This document shows, in pieces, positions 51,912 through 64,000 of a stretch of 64,000 nt of DNA. Location: positions 6,450,001-6,514,000 of the forward strand of contig CM075997.1 in the NCBI GenBank assembly GCA_038087875.1, in the 5' to 3' direction. Each line of letters starts with the position of its first letter. Within the stretch, counting starts at the first letter, position 1. The notes beneath the pieces were generated by a model. The model did not search any database and had not been told where the DNA came from. It saw only the letters and a program-made list of their open reading frames with translations. A program made the position numbers and the translations under genes. The stretch is from Malacoraja senta (lineage: Eukaryota).

Positions 51912-52111
51912 NNNNNNNNNNNNNNNNNNNNNNNNNNNNNNNNNNNNNNNNNNNNNNNNNNNNNNNNNNNNNNNNNNNNNNNNNNNNNNNNNNNNNNNNN
52001 NNNNNNNNNNNNNNNNNNNNNNNNNNNNNNNNNNNNNNNNNNNNNNNNNNNNNNNNNNNNNNNNNNNNNNNNNNNNNNNNNNNNNNNNNNNNNNNNNNNN
52101 NNNNNNNNNNN
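51912..52111. other. Assembly gap (200 N)
   Basis: Run of n characters. Confidence 1.
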
Positions 52112-54482
52112 TTCAATGCCGACATGAGGTGCCTGTGGAAATGCTAAACCAGACCATTGGACTCTGGGTGATGCGTGCTGGTCTGGTGCAGCTTCGCGCT
52201 ATACCACTCCACAGGGAGGACGTGAACTGGGCCCCACGATCAGTAGTGATATCGGAGGGAACCCCGAAACGAGCGATCCAATTCGAGACGATGGCCCTCA
52301 CGCACGCCTCAGCGGAGGTATCCGTTAACGGTATCGCCTCCGCCCACCTGGTAAACCTGTCCACGATGGTCAGTAGGTGAGTAGCCCCACGCGAACACGG
52401 CAAGGGACCCACCAGGTCGACATGGATGTGCAGGAACGTGCCGTCCGGACAACGAAATCCTGCACAGGCGGGCGCACATGTCTCTGTACCTTAGAAGTCA
52501 GGCATAGGATGCAGGTACTGGCCCATGCTGCGACCTGCTTCCTCCATGCATGCCAGACGATCTTGGCCGTGAACAAGGGAGAGGTGGCGCGAATGGAAGG
52601 GTGAGCTAGGCTGTGGATAGTGTTGAAAATCCGACGCCTCCAAGCAAGCGGGTGAATGAGACGGGCTTTGCCCGTGGAGACTCGCACGCCGGTGGTGCCG
52701 CAAAGCACCTCAGCCAGCTTGAGACCTGATTTAGCATTGCGGTAAACCTACATGCAGGCATCTGCATGTTGGGCAGCGGCCAGCTCCTCATAATCCACGC
52801 CTAGACTTAACGCTGAAACTTCGGGCGGTGCCGGGCGGACAGCGTGTCAGCCACAACGTTCAGCTTCCCCGCCACATGCCGAATATCAGATGTGAATTCG
52901 GAAATGTAGGCGAGGTGCCGCTGCTGTCTGGCAGGCCAGGAATCGGATAACTTGGTCAACGCGAACGTGAGTGGCTTGTGGTCCATGAATGCGGTGAACG
53001 CGCGCCCCTCCAGGAAATAACGGAAATGGAGGATGGCTAGGTAGAGAGCAAGGATCTCCCGGTCGAAAGCGCTATACTTGGAACAACGGCCGCATGATGG
53101 CAGCTGCTGACGGGACGAATCGGTGGTAGAAAATAGCCATCCCGATAAACTCCTGCAGGCCCTTGACAGATCGGGGCCTCGGGAAGCGACGGATAGCGTC
53201 AACCTTCTCGGGCAGTGGCTGCGTGCCGTGGCAGGTAATGCTGTGACCCAAGAATGAAATGGAATGCAATCCGAACTGGCACTTCGCGGGGTTGATCACC
53301 GGCCCGTATTTGTGCAGCCGTTCGAAAAGCAGGCGGAGGTGCCTGACGTGCTCTGCCTGCGAGCTGCTGGCCACCGGAATATCATATAGGTAGATGAATA
53401 TTCCGGTGGGGCGACGTCAGCAACAGTAAACTTCCACCTGTACGGGCGGGAGTCGAAATTTAAGTCCAGGGTCCGTAATTTAAGTCCAGGGTACCGTAAA
53501 TGCTAATGTCACTCCTGTTAACAGCCGAGAGGACGAGTCCGTAGCGTTGATGGTATTAACACCAGCGACGTTGGCTGTAGACCACTGGCAGCGGTGATGC
53601 TTCTTCGGCGCTGGGCTGGGCTTCTTCTCCCCGATGTCGCCTCGGTTGCACCCGCGCCGTGACCAGGGGGCGGGTGAAAGCACACACGTCCCGCCGTCTG
53701 TGTGCCCACAATTCATCAGCTCTCTCCGCGAGCAGTTGGGGGTCGCTGAAATCAGCTCCGGCGAGCATCAGTTGGACTTCGTCAGGCATCTGCTCCAGGA
53801 ATGCCTGTTCGAAGAGCAGACTTGGGCGGCGCCCGTCCATCAGGGCTAACATCTCCGCCATGATGGTTGATGGCCACCGGTCGCCGACACTGTCCATGTG
53901 CGGCAGCTTCGCCGCCCTGTCTCTTCGACTGAGACCGAAAGTGTGGAGCAGCATGGCCTTCAGCCCTTCGTATTTGGCGATGGTCGGCGGGTCCCTGATG
54001 TAAGGCAACAGCCTCGAGGTACAGTCCTGCGGCAATGCCCCCACCAAATGGAAGTACATAGTATTGTCAGCTATGATGCGATGGAGGTGAAACTGTGCCT
54101 CAACGTGGGTGAACCACACCTGAGGTTGGTCAGGCCAAAACGATGGCAATTTGAAACCCGGTGAGCCCTGCCGCGTGCCGGCCGATTCTGCGGGAACGTT
54201 GTCTTCCTGCATGAACCACTTGTCTAACGATGGCTAGACAGGTCGGGGTCACCAATTTGGCGGTCGCAAGAACGACAACTGGATTAAAAAAAATATATAT
54301 ATTTGGAAATTCACTCTTCAGTATACAGGCTCTCTTGTCACGTCTGGTCACAACGATGGTCAGCTCTGAACTGCCGCGCAAAAACAAAACCACGCAAAAA
54401 CAAGCAGCCCCTCCCGAGTCACGTGACCGCGGCTTCCGAACGCCGGGTTCGATACCTGCGTGCGCCAGCAGGCGCCGCTACA
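52112..54482 (-). mobile_element. Gypsy LTR retrotransposon, internally deleted copy 1 (5' LTR, PBS, gag, partial pol)
   Basis: LTR 54258-54482 (TG...CA); gag KLPSFWPDQPQVWFTHVEAQF (53556-54212); RNase H YSAFDREILA; integrase LTIVDRFTRW and ITTDRGAQF. Confidence 0.93.
54242..54254 (-). promoter_or_regulatory. Primer-binding site complementary to the tRNA-Trp 3' end
   Basis: TGGTGACCCCGAC 3 nt downstream of the 5' LTR. Confidence 0.8.
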
Positions 54483-54824
54483 GTTTATATATATTAGTCT
54501 GAAGAAAGTTTAATTTGGGGAAAAAAATCCAGTTACTTTGTATCAAGCTGTGTACAGAGCTAAAGCATGTGGACATCAAATATCAATACCTGCTGAGGTT
54601 CTATCTGCCCCCAGTTTTGTGAAGGGTGGGCCTGGCAGCGATCAGCAGGACATTACTGGATGACCTGTCTTTGTGGAGAAGTTCTATCCAGACCAACACC
54701 TTTGACCATGTCCATTGGGCAGTGATCAGCATGGAACATCTTGCAGGCACTGCGCAACAATAACTCGATGGATCCTGTGGCCAGGTTCCTTGAGCAGACT
54801 GCCCAGTTTGTCTGACTCAACTGT

Positions 54825-55100
54825 GATTCAGCTGTAGAGTTGCTGTCTTACAGTACCAAAGACCCAGTTTTGATCCTGACTATGGGAGCTATCTGTACGT
54901 ACATTCTCCCCATGACCTGCATAGGTTTTGTCCGGATTCTCTGTTTTCCTCCCGTACTCCAAGATGTGCATGTTAAATAGCTTTGGTAATATTGTACATT
55001 GTCCCTAGTGTATGTCGGATAGTGGTCGTGTGCAGGGATCGCTGGTCGTCGCAGACTCGGTGGACCAAAGGGCCTATTTCCGTGCTGTATCACTAAAACA
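54825..55100 (+). mobile_element. V-SINE/HE1-like SINE
   Basis: Same head, core and tail as 38828-39105. Confidence 0.68.
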
Positions 55101-55621
55101 AAAACTCTGACAACATCAGGACCACACTTGGCTGGTGATTTTAGTTTAGTCAACTTTAATATTGTCATGTTTACCAAGGTACTGTGAAAAGCTTTTTTGT
55201 TGTGTACGATCCGATCAGTGGAATGAATATAGAGGGGCCATCCCAGTCAGATACCTTCCTGTACCATCGGAATCTTAATACTAATGCACGTCGCCCTCAG
55301 GATGGATAATATGGAGAGGATATGGTTGCCCACCGCTTCGCAGAGTGTGGATTTGTGAAGAGGGTCTGAAGAATGAAGCTAAGGTCCTTGTCATGTTCAT
55401 TGCAAATAGCTCCAAAACAAAAAACTCTCTCAAATGCGTGCTGTTGCTAGGGACACTTTCAGAAACGGACATCAAGTACTGGACATTGAGGGACTGAATA
55501 TGGTGAAGGTAACCCTTGAGATGGAATATATATGAGTGTGAAGGATATTTTGTGCAAAGACATGCTAACACTACAGAGTATGATACTAGCAATATTTAAT
55601 GATAAAGGTTCTTCTTCAGAT

Positions 55622-55830
55622 AGGTAGACAAAAGTGCTGGAGAAACTCAGCGGGTGCAGCAGCATCTATGGAGCGAAGGAAATAGGCAACGTTTCGGGCC
55701 GAAACCCTTCTTTCGGCACGAAACGTTGTCTATTTCCTTCGCTCCATAGATGCTGCTGTACCCGCTGAGTTTCTCCAGCTCTTTTGTCTACCTTTGATTT
55801 TCCAGCATCTGCAGTTCCTTCTTAAAAACG
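55622..55830. mobile_element. Penelope-derived inverted terminal-repeat insertion
   Basis: 75-bp arms at 55622-55696 and 55719-55793; direct repeat TCTTCAGATA at 55613-55622 and 55831-55840. Confidence 0.8.
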
Positions 55831-56518
55831 TCTTCAGATACGTTCCAGCTTTAAACTCCTCTTTCTGCCTAGAGATGGTGTGGGGGTGGGGGGGGGGGGG
55901 GGCGCATGGTCGGCATGGAGGAGTTGGGCCAAAGGGCCTGTTTCCATGCTATGACACACAGACCTCTGTGAAATGGGCCCTGCATGCTCCTGTTGCCCCA
56001 TTCTGCTGCTTGGTAACAAAGACTCAAGTGAGTTACGTGGCGAGTTGTTCAGGGTCAGTGAGCAAGTAGGAAGGTGAATGAACTAAAATGGAAATACATG
56101 GAACTGCAGATGCTGCAATCTTGAGCAAAACACAAAGAGCTGGAAGAACTCAAAGGGTCAGGCAGCATCTCTGAAGAGAAGGAATAATGAATATCCAGTT
56201 GCTCATGTGAGATGCAGGGAAAAATTCGTAACTCATCGGGAATACGTAACTCATTGCCAGTGTCGACTCTCAACATCAATCTGGCAACGAGTTACGAATT
56301 CCCGATGAGTTGCGAATTTTAAAGAAGGAACAGCATCTGCAGTTCCTTCTTTAACACGTTGTGTTATTTCTGTCGGCTGGAGGATGGGGTCATCAAGTGG
56401 GCGCAACTGGAACTGCAGCAGAGTGAGAAATGATCCGTCAGCAAACAATACGACAAAAGGTGATCAACTGTACAGCACTGGAGACTATTCAGCACCTGAA
56501 GTCCTCCACTGATATGTA

Positions 56519-56590
56519 GCGATGGTGGTATAGTGGTGAGCATAGCTGCCTTCCAAGCAGTTGACCCGGGTTCGATTCCCGGCCATCGCA
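56519..56590 (+). tRNA. tRNA-Gly(TCC), intact
   Basis: GCGATGGTGGTATAGTGGTGAGCATAGCTGCCTTCCAAGCAGTTGACCCGGGTTCGATTCCCGGCCATCGCA; TTTT at 56601-56604. Confidence 0.96.
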
Positions 56591-57317
56591 GGTTGAACAA
56601 TTTTAATTCACGAGTAGCAGATATACTTGCAAACTCAAGGGTCCACGCTGACAAATTCTCATGTAACTTTGTGGACGGTTCGTACGAATGAAAGCAAATT
56701 ATTTGCATTATCCCTATTTGCATAATTACTATTCACTGCGAATCGGGAATAGAATATTTGTCCCTCACATTTTCCCGGTGAATTGATGAAATGATCAGTA
56801 CTGCGTCCTACTCGCATTCTATTCCAGATTCCCAGAGTAAAGCGAGACACATCCCAATATGTGCAGGAAGGAATTGCATATGCTTTTTTGCACAGAAGGC
56901 TGGAGTATCTCAGCGCGTCAGGCAGCATCTCTGGAGAAAAGGAATGGGTGACGTTTCGAGGATGTGATTTCTTCACACTCACTGATGTAAACTGTTCACT
57001 ACACTCTCGCTGAATCCCCCCCCCTCCCACCTCCATTCCAACAGCACTGTACTCCAGAGGGTGTAGAGTCATGCAGCACAGTCACAGTTATGTTGACCCA
57101 CCAAGTCCATACCGACCATCAAATACCTATCTCTACTGATCTCTTTAAATTTAAGGCAAAATATTCTGTTTAATGCTTTGACGATTGAAGGAGTTAGGGG
57201 CAGAGTCCAGTGGGGACACCCCTCAAAGTAGGAAAGGGAGATCACCCCAGGGGAACACACGAGTGGAAAGGATGCCTGGCATAATAATGTATTCTGCACT
57301 GTTTTTGGTTTGTATTT

Positions 57318-59735
57318 TGGTGGTCGCAAGAACGACAACTGAATTTTTAAACACATTTTAATTCGGAAATTCACTCTTCAGTCTACAGGCTCTCTTGACA
57401 CGTCTGGCCACAATGGTGGTCAGTGCTGAACTGCCGCGCGAAAACAAAACCGCGCAAAATCTCCCGAGTCACGTGACCGCGGCTTCCGAATGCGGGGTTC
57501 GATATCTGCATACGCCAGCAGGCGCACCCCAGAATCCGCGGTACGGAAACGCACGGGTAACCGGACGGTTCGACCGGAACGCGTAGTCCTAGGTCGCGGG
57601 GCGAGCGTAACAGTAGGGGCCGGCAAAACAGAACCGGAGGGACAAGAAAAACGTGAACGAGGGACGGGCGTAACAGGGGGGACCGGAGAAACATAACAGG
57701 TGCAGAGGGTGGCAAAACGGCCGGTGGACATCCTCTATACCGCGGAGTGGCCACTGTCACTGGGCTATCCTCGTCGACGTGTGCTGGCTTAAGGCGGCTC
57801 ACGGAGATGAACTCCTCCTTGCCACCCATGTCCAACGTAAACGTCGAGGTACCAGTACTCAGCACACTGTACGGACCCTCGTACACCCGCTGCAATGGCG
57901 AGCGGTGAGCATCTCTACGAAGGAAAACATAAGCACAATCCCATAACATAGCTGGTACATGCACCGCAGATGAACCATGCCGGGAAGTGGGAACCGGGAC
58001 CAAAGCACGCGTCCGCTCGCGAAGGTCAGCTAACACCGCTGAAGCCAGGATCTCCTGATCCCGGGGGACGGGCAGGAAATCCCCAGGTACTCGCAAAACC
58101 GAGCCGTAAACCAACTCGGCCGAGGAGGCGTTGAGGTCCTCCTTAGTCGTAGTTCTGATGCCTAGGAGGACCCAAGGCAACTGGTCGACCCAATCGGGGC
58201 CGGTGAGTCGAGCTTTCAATGCCGACTTGAGGTGCCTGTGGAAACGCTTAACCAGACTCTGGGTGATACGCGGTGGTCTGGTGCAGCTTTGCGCCATACA
58301 GCTGCGCCATACCACTCCACAGGGAGGACGTGAACTGGGCCCCACGATCAGTAGTGATATTGGAGGGAACCCCAAAACGAGCGATCCAATTCGAGACGAT
58401 GGCCCTCGCGGACGCCTCAGCGGAAGTATCCGTTAACGGTATCGCCTCCGCCCACCTGGTAAACCTGTCCACGATGGTCAGTAGGTGAGTAGCCCCACGC
58501 GAACACGGCAAGGGACCCACCAGGTCGACATGGATGTGCAGGAACCTGCTGTCCGGGACAACGAAATCCTGCACAGGCGAGCGCACATGTCTCTGTACCT
58601 TGGAAGTCTGGCATGGGATGCAGGTACTGGCCCATGCTGCGACCTGCTTTCTCAACCCATGCCAGATGAACTTGGCCGTGAGCAAGGCAGAGGTGGCGCG
58701 AATGGACGGGTGCGCTAGGCTGTGGATAGTGTCGAAAATCCGACTCCTCCAAGCACCCAGAACAATGGGACGGGCTTTGACCGTGGAGATATCGCAAAGG
58801 ACTCGCACGCCGGTGGTGCCGCAAAGCACCTCAGCCAGCTTGAGACCTGATTCAGCATTGCGGTAAACCTCCATGCCTGTTCGGCAGCGGCCAGCTCCTC
58901 ATAATCCATGCCTAGACTTAACGCTGAAACTTCGGGCGGTGCCGGGCAGGACAGCGCGTCAGCCACAACGTTCAGCTTCCCCGCCACATGCCGAATATCA
59001 GATGTGAATTCGGAAATGTAGGCGAGGTGCCGCTGCTGTCTGGCAGACCAGGAATCGGATAACTTGGTCAACGCGAACGTGAGTGGCTTGTGGTCCGTGA
59101 ATGCGGAGAACGCGCGACCCTCCAGGAAATAAGGGAAATGGCGGATGGCTAGGTAGAGCGCAAGGAGCTCCCGGTCGAAAGCGCTATACTTGGAACAACG
59201 GCCGCATGATGGCAGCTGCTGACGGGACGAATCGGTGGTAGAAAATAGCCATCCCGATAAACTCCTGCAGGCCCTTGACAGATCGGGGCCTCGGGAAGCG
59301 ATGGATAGCGTTGACCTTCTCGGGCAGCGGCTGCGCGCCGTGGCAGGTAATGCTGTGACCCAAGAATGAAATGGAACGCAATCCAAACTGGCACTTCGCG
59401 GGGTTGATCACCGGCCCGTATTTGCTCAGCCGTTCGAAAAGCAGGCGGAGGTGCCTGACGTGCTCTGCCTTTGAGCTGCTGGCCACCGGAATATCATCTA
59501 GGTAGATGAATATGAATGTCAAACCCCGACCGACCTGATCCATTAACCTTTGGAACGCCTGAGCAGCGTTCTTCCGGCCAAAAGGCATTCTGAGCCATTC
59601 GAAAAGGCCGAAAGGTGTGATGGTGGCCGTCTTTGGGACGTCTTTGGGATGGACCGGAATTTGATTATACCCGCGAATAAGGTCGACCTTCGAGAAGAAG
59701 GTTGCGCCTTCCAGATGAGCCGAGAAATCCTGGAT
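57318..59735 (-). mobile_element. Gypsy LTR retrotransposon copy 2 (RT, RNase H, integrase, 3' LTR), cut by the L1 insertion
   Basis: FSKVDLIRGYNQIP, YLDDI, TDHKPL, H..H...C..C zinc finger, DDE integrase motifs, GPY; LTR 57318-57526 matches 54258-54475. Confidence 0.94.
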
Positions 59736-59883
59736 GTGACTTCCGGTGGCGCTATGGAGGCTTGAGTCCAGTGCCAACTAGCTCCGTGCCGAAGAATCTG
59801 AAAACGGGAGAAAATCGGGTCTTACCTGCAGCGATCGCGATCTGAACGGCTGCCTGCCGCGTGACGTCATCAGGCGCGCGACT

Positions 59884-60582
59884 TTGACGGTATGTCGACG
59901 GTATGTGGAATCGAACGCTAATATGGAGGTGGTCCCCATTCATCAAGCACTTGATCAACATAGAACAGCGATAACCGAACTTGAAAAATGGGCGGCGACA
60001 AGCGAGGAAACTGTAAATCGACTCCTTATTGAAAACCAACGCCTCTCCGGTATGGTGATCAAATTAAGTGATAAGTGTACCGATTTGGAGGGGCGTCAAA
60101 GACGCAAGAATTTAAGAATTGTAGGGGTGAAAGAAGGAAGTGAGAGGGAAATGGGCCCTCGGGATTTTGTGGCAGACCTACTACAAAAAGCCTTAAAATT
60201 GGATCAAAAACCTTCACTCGGTCGAGCACATAGAGCGCAGGGGCGTCGTACACAAGATGATGCCCATCCAAGACAAATTATAGTAAAGGTGCAACTTGAT
60301 CATGAATTTGAGGAGATAATGAAGAAAATCGTCCGAAGCAGACAGCTCTATTTTGAAGGTGCGAGGTTCAGTATTTACCGAGATTATCCGGCAGAGGTCT
60401 TCAAGAAAAGAGCGCTGTTCACTGAGACAAAAAGAATACTGAAGAATGTACCTGATTTGAGATACGGCTTGCTTTACCCCGCAAGACTAAGAGTCACCTA
60501 CAAGCACAAGGAGCAATTTTTTACAGACCACGAAAAAGCACTGGAATATGCCAAAGAAATCGGGAATGTGACCACAGACTGA
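59884..60582 (+). CDS. L1 ORF1p-like protein (coiled coil and RRM); start codon uncertain
   Basis: DLEGRQRRKNLRIVGVKEG, RAHR, PRQIIVK, IYRDYP, YGLLYPARLRV. Confidence 0.85.
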   Translation: MTVCRRYVESNANMEVVPIHQALDQHRTAITELEKWAATSEETVNRLLIENQRLSGMVIKLSDKCTDLEGRQRRKNLRIVGVKEGSEREMGPRDFVADLLQKALKLDQKPSLGRAHRAQGRRTQDDAHPRQIIVKVQLDHEFEEIMKKIVRSRQLYFEGARFSIYRDYPAEVFKKRALFTETKRILKNVPDLRYGLLYPARLRVTYKHKEQFFTDHEKALEYAKEIGNVTTD

Positions 60583-61638
60583 AGAATTTACAATACTCCT
60601 CAGGAGTCAAGGATTAACGGGACTTTGCCAGATTTAAAAGGACCTTTAAAGTTCTTTTAAGAGCTTTAAGGACATTCGAAAACTGAAATGGACGGTGGAC
60701 ATTGGAGAAAACCGTGGTTTTTATTTATTTATTTATTTATTTTTAATCTTTTTTTATTTTTAGTATAAACTTTAAGAACAATAATATCATAGTTGTGACC
60801 AATTGTTATTAATCACTATTACTATTTAGTATATTCATATCTAACTATATATGTAACTACTAATACTTATTAAATATCTATATTACTACTAAAATTATTA
60901 ACATTTATATTACTCATAAAAATTTAATACTGGGTATGATTGATAACAATGATTAATAACTAACAGTCTCTGGTTAACGTAGAAATGAGTTACATACTTA
61001 TATTCTATAGGAAGATGTGCAAGAGGTAATTCAGCCTATGTCATAATAAGGTTTGACGTTTTTTCTCTTTATTTTTCAATTCAAAATTAAATTTATAGAT
61101 TTAGCGAAGATATTAATATGGTATGTAGAGAATAATAACGTTGTGAATTTATGCTGTTTTCGGACTTTTCTGCAGGGATATGTGCGTATATATGTATGCA
61201 TATGGGTAAATGTATATATGTATGTATGTGTGTGTGTATGTATGGGTATATATATATATGTTTGCTACTCCCAAAGAAGTTAATTGATTGTCAGAAATAT
61301 TCTCCTTTTTTTTTTCAGGCACGGAGCTGGGAATTTTTTTTTTTACAAAGGCTACGGAAGTCTTTAGAATTCTAGCCACGTTAGTGTGGTATCACTAACT
61401 ACACTAATTGTAGATGTAGTTTTTTTTCTTTCACCCTATACTAACCAATTCTATCACTTTTTTCACTTTAAATATTTTTATATCTTAATGTTTGAATGGA
61501 ATAACAAGACTAATTCAAGGAGATGTGTTCGAAAGAGCGATGTATATGATTTTAAATTCATCTATTTGAGGTTCGGGAGTAGGGTCAGGTTTTATGTGTT
61601 GCACCTTCTGCTCGGTTATAGACCACCTTAGAAACAAT

Positions 61639-64000
61639 ATGCAAGATGTTAATATGACAAGAGGGGGTCAGGGAATAACATTTTGTAGTTGGAATGTTAA
61701 GGGAATCAATGAACCAATTAAGAGAGGTAAAGTTTTGGCACATCTAAATTCAATCAAAACAGATATAATATTCCTTCAAGAAACACACCTTAAAAAGGAA
61801 TCTCAACATAGACTTAAAGCTAAGTGGATCGCTGAATCATATCATTCCTCTTTTTCCCATAAGTCCAGAGGAGTTGCAATATTAATTCGTAAAGGAATAC
61901 CTTTTACGAATTCATCAACAATAGCGGATATTGATGGTAGATATATTATATTAGTTCGAGAGTTAAATGGAGAAAAAGTGATTCTTCTTAATGTATATGA
62001 GCCTAATTTTGATAACCCTATGTTTTTTAATAAAACATTTAATATAATTCCTGAATTTACACAATATAAATTAATAATTGGAGGAGACTTCAATTGCACA
62101 TTAGATTCATACTTAGATAGATCATCAAGGCAAAAAAAAGTAAAATCTCAATCAAGTGTATTTTTAAATTCATTTATTAATACCACTAATACTAAGGATG
62201 TCTGGAGAATTGAAAATCCAACTGGACGGGAATATTCATTTTACTCACCAGTACATAAAACATACTCAAGAATAGATTATTTTTTCGTTGACTCCACGTT
62301 TATCCCATTTACTTACAACTCAAAACACCATAATATTATAATCTCAGATCACGCACCTGTAACATTCATGATTAAATTAAATGGAATGTCCGAGAAACAA
62401 ACATATTGGAGATTTAACCCACAAATTTTGAACGAAAGATCATGCCAGGAATATCTTACTAAACAGATTCAAATATTTTTTGAGGTAAATGACAACCCTG
62501 ACACACCTACTTCTCTTATGTGGGAAACGTTTAAAGCGTTTGTTCGAGGTGCATTAATTTCTGCTCAAGTATTTTATAATAAAGAGAACAGGATTAAACA
62601 ACAAACATTGGAAAGGGAAATCAAGCAACTAAATATAGAAAATGCGAGAATGCCATCTATTTTAAAACATAATAAAATTGCTGTATTGAAATATAAATTA
62701 AACAAAATGTATTCAGAACAAGTAATAAAACTTTATCAAAAAACCAAACAATTACATTTTGAGTTTGGAGACAAACCTCAAAAACTATTAGCACGTCAGT
62801 TACGAAAAATGGAAGGGGAAAAAATAATTAATAAAATTAGAACAGAGATAGGAGAATTATAAAAAATGCCCAAGGATATAAACGAAAGATTTCTCCAATA
62901 CTATCATAATCTTTATTCAAATAAACTGTAGTACAACCAGAAGGAATAGCAGATTTTTTACTAAAATGTAATTTAAAAGGTTTAGATTCAAACGATAGAG
63001 AATTATTAGAAAGGGAGATTACGATAAAGGATATTGAGGAGTCTATTGGCTCTTCAAAAAATGGTAAAGCAGTAGGACCAGATGGTTTAGGCTCTGAATT
63101 CTATAAAAAAAATTATGACTTGCTCTCCCCACGTTTACAAAGGCTGTATGAGCATATCTATACTCAACAGAAACTTCCAGATACTTTAAATGAATCTATA
63201 ATAACACTTATTTCTAAAGTTGATAAAGATCCGGAAGATCCGGGATCATATAGAGCAATTGCACTTTTAAATACAGATCAGAAAATATTAACTAAAATAC
63301 TAGCGCATAGATTAAGTACAGTGATGAATAAATTAATACACCCTGACCAAACAGGCTTTATTCAGAAACGGTACTCATATTATAATATAAGAAGATTATT
63401 TAATATTATTTATTCTAAGAGAATTATTAATGAAGATCTAGCAATAATCTCACTTGACGCTGAAAAAGCATTTGATCAGGTTGAATGGTCTTATTTATTT
63501 TCGGTGATGGAAAATATGCAGCTAGGGGAGAAATTCTGCACATGGATAAAACTGTTATATACAAATCCTACGGCTAGAATATTAACAAACCAAAGGTTGT
63601 CATCTAAATTCAGCCTATCTAGAGGTTGTAGACAAGGATGCCCGTTATCTCCATTATTATTTGCGCTTGCTATTGAGCCACTCGCAGAAAGAGTTAGGGG
63701 TCATCCGGAAATACATGGGTATAACACAAAGGACACAGTGAATAAAATTTCTCTATACGCAGATGATGTACTAATTTACATTACAAAACCAGAAATTAGT
63801 ATTCCAAACTTATTAAAGCTAATAACCCAATTTGGTTCACTCTCAGGATACAGAATAAATTGGAATAAAAGTGAAATTATGCCAATAAGGGAGCACAACA
63901 AACAGATAATACAACAATTTCCATTTAAAATAGTAAACGAAAAATTTAAATACCTAGGCATTTACGTAACTAAGATATATACATCATTATTCAAAGCAAA
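61639..64000 (+). pseudogene. L1 ORF2 (APE endonuclease and RT), stop at 62862 followed by frameshifts
   Basis: SWNVKG, FLQETHL, GGDFNC, YSRIDYF, SDHAP, WETFKA; downstream LDAEKAFDQVEW, GCRQGCPLSP, LYADD. Confidence 0.92.

Larger units (their letters stand above)
59736..64000 (+). mobile_element. L1-clade LINE with intact 5' end; runs off the window
   Basis: GC-rich 5' UTR, ORF1, ~1-kb AT-rich spacer, ORF2 with endonuclease and RT. Confidence 0.94.

Noticed and set aside
54258..57526. The two LTRs as ends of a single element enclosing tRNA-Gly
   Set aside because: The PBS and gag lie left of the first LTR and the integrase lies right of the second, so they belong to two separate minus-strand elements.

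Overview
This is eukaryotic, repeat-dense genomic DNA. The CR1, V-SINE and Penelope families present suggest a cartilaginous fish, probably a skate or ray (inference). Host genes are two apparently intact replication-dependent histone genes (H2B 26514-26888 and H2A 28320-28700, both on +, each with a 3' stem-loop and U7 downstream element). There is also a tRNA-Asp(GTC)/tRNA-Gly(TCC) cluster: one intact Asp, one intact Gly, and a decaying ~1.2-kb tandem array. The rest is a nested mosaic of transposable elements: two DIRS tyrosine-recombinase elements, CR1, L2, Rex/Babar, L1, Penelope, two Gypsy LTR copies, tandem non-autonomous Helitrons, hAT, Harbinger-like and ISL2EU-like elements. A ~2.7-kb duplication abuts a 200-N gap. 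The most notable observations are: (1) a ~6-kb TIR/TSD-bounded hAT-type element carrying a TDP2-like first exon (UBA-like domain plus splice donor), i.e. a candidate vertebrate Pack-type gene-capturing transposon; (2) a fold-back THAP-carrying ISL2EU-like MITE present twice; (3) a tRNA-Gly copy carrying the G3:U70 alanine identity pair; (4) a hammerhead-like Penelope fragment inserted inside the H2B promoter. All calls were made by eye without database searches, and TE boundaries are approximate unless TSDs are cited.
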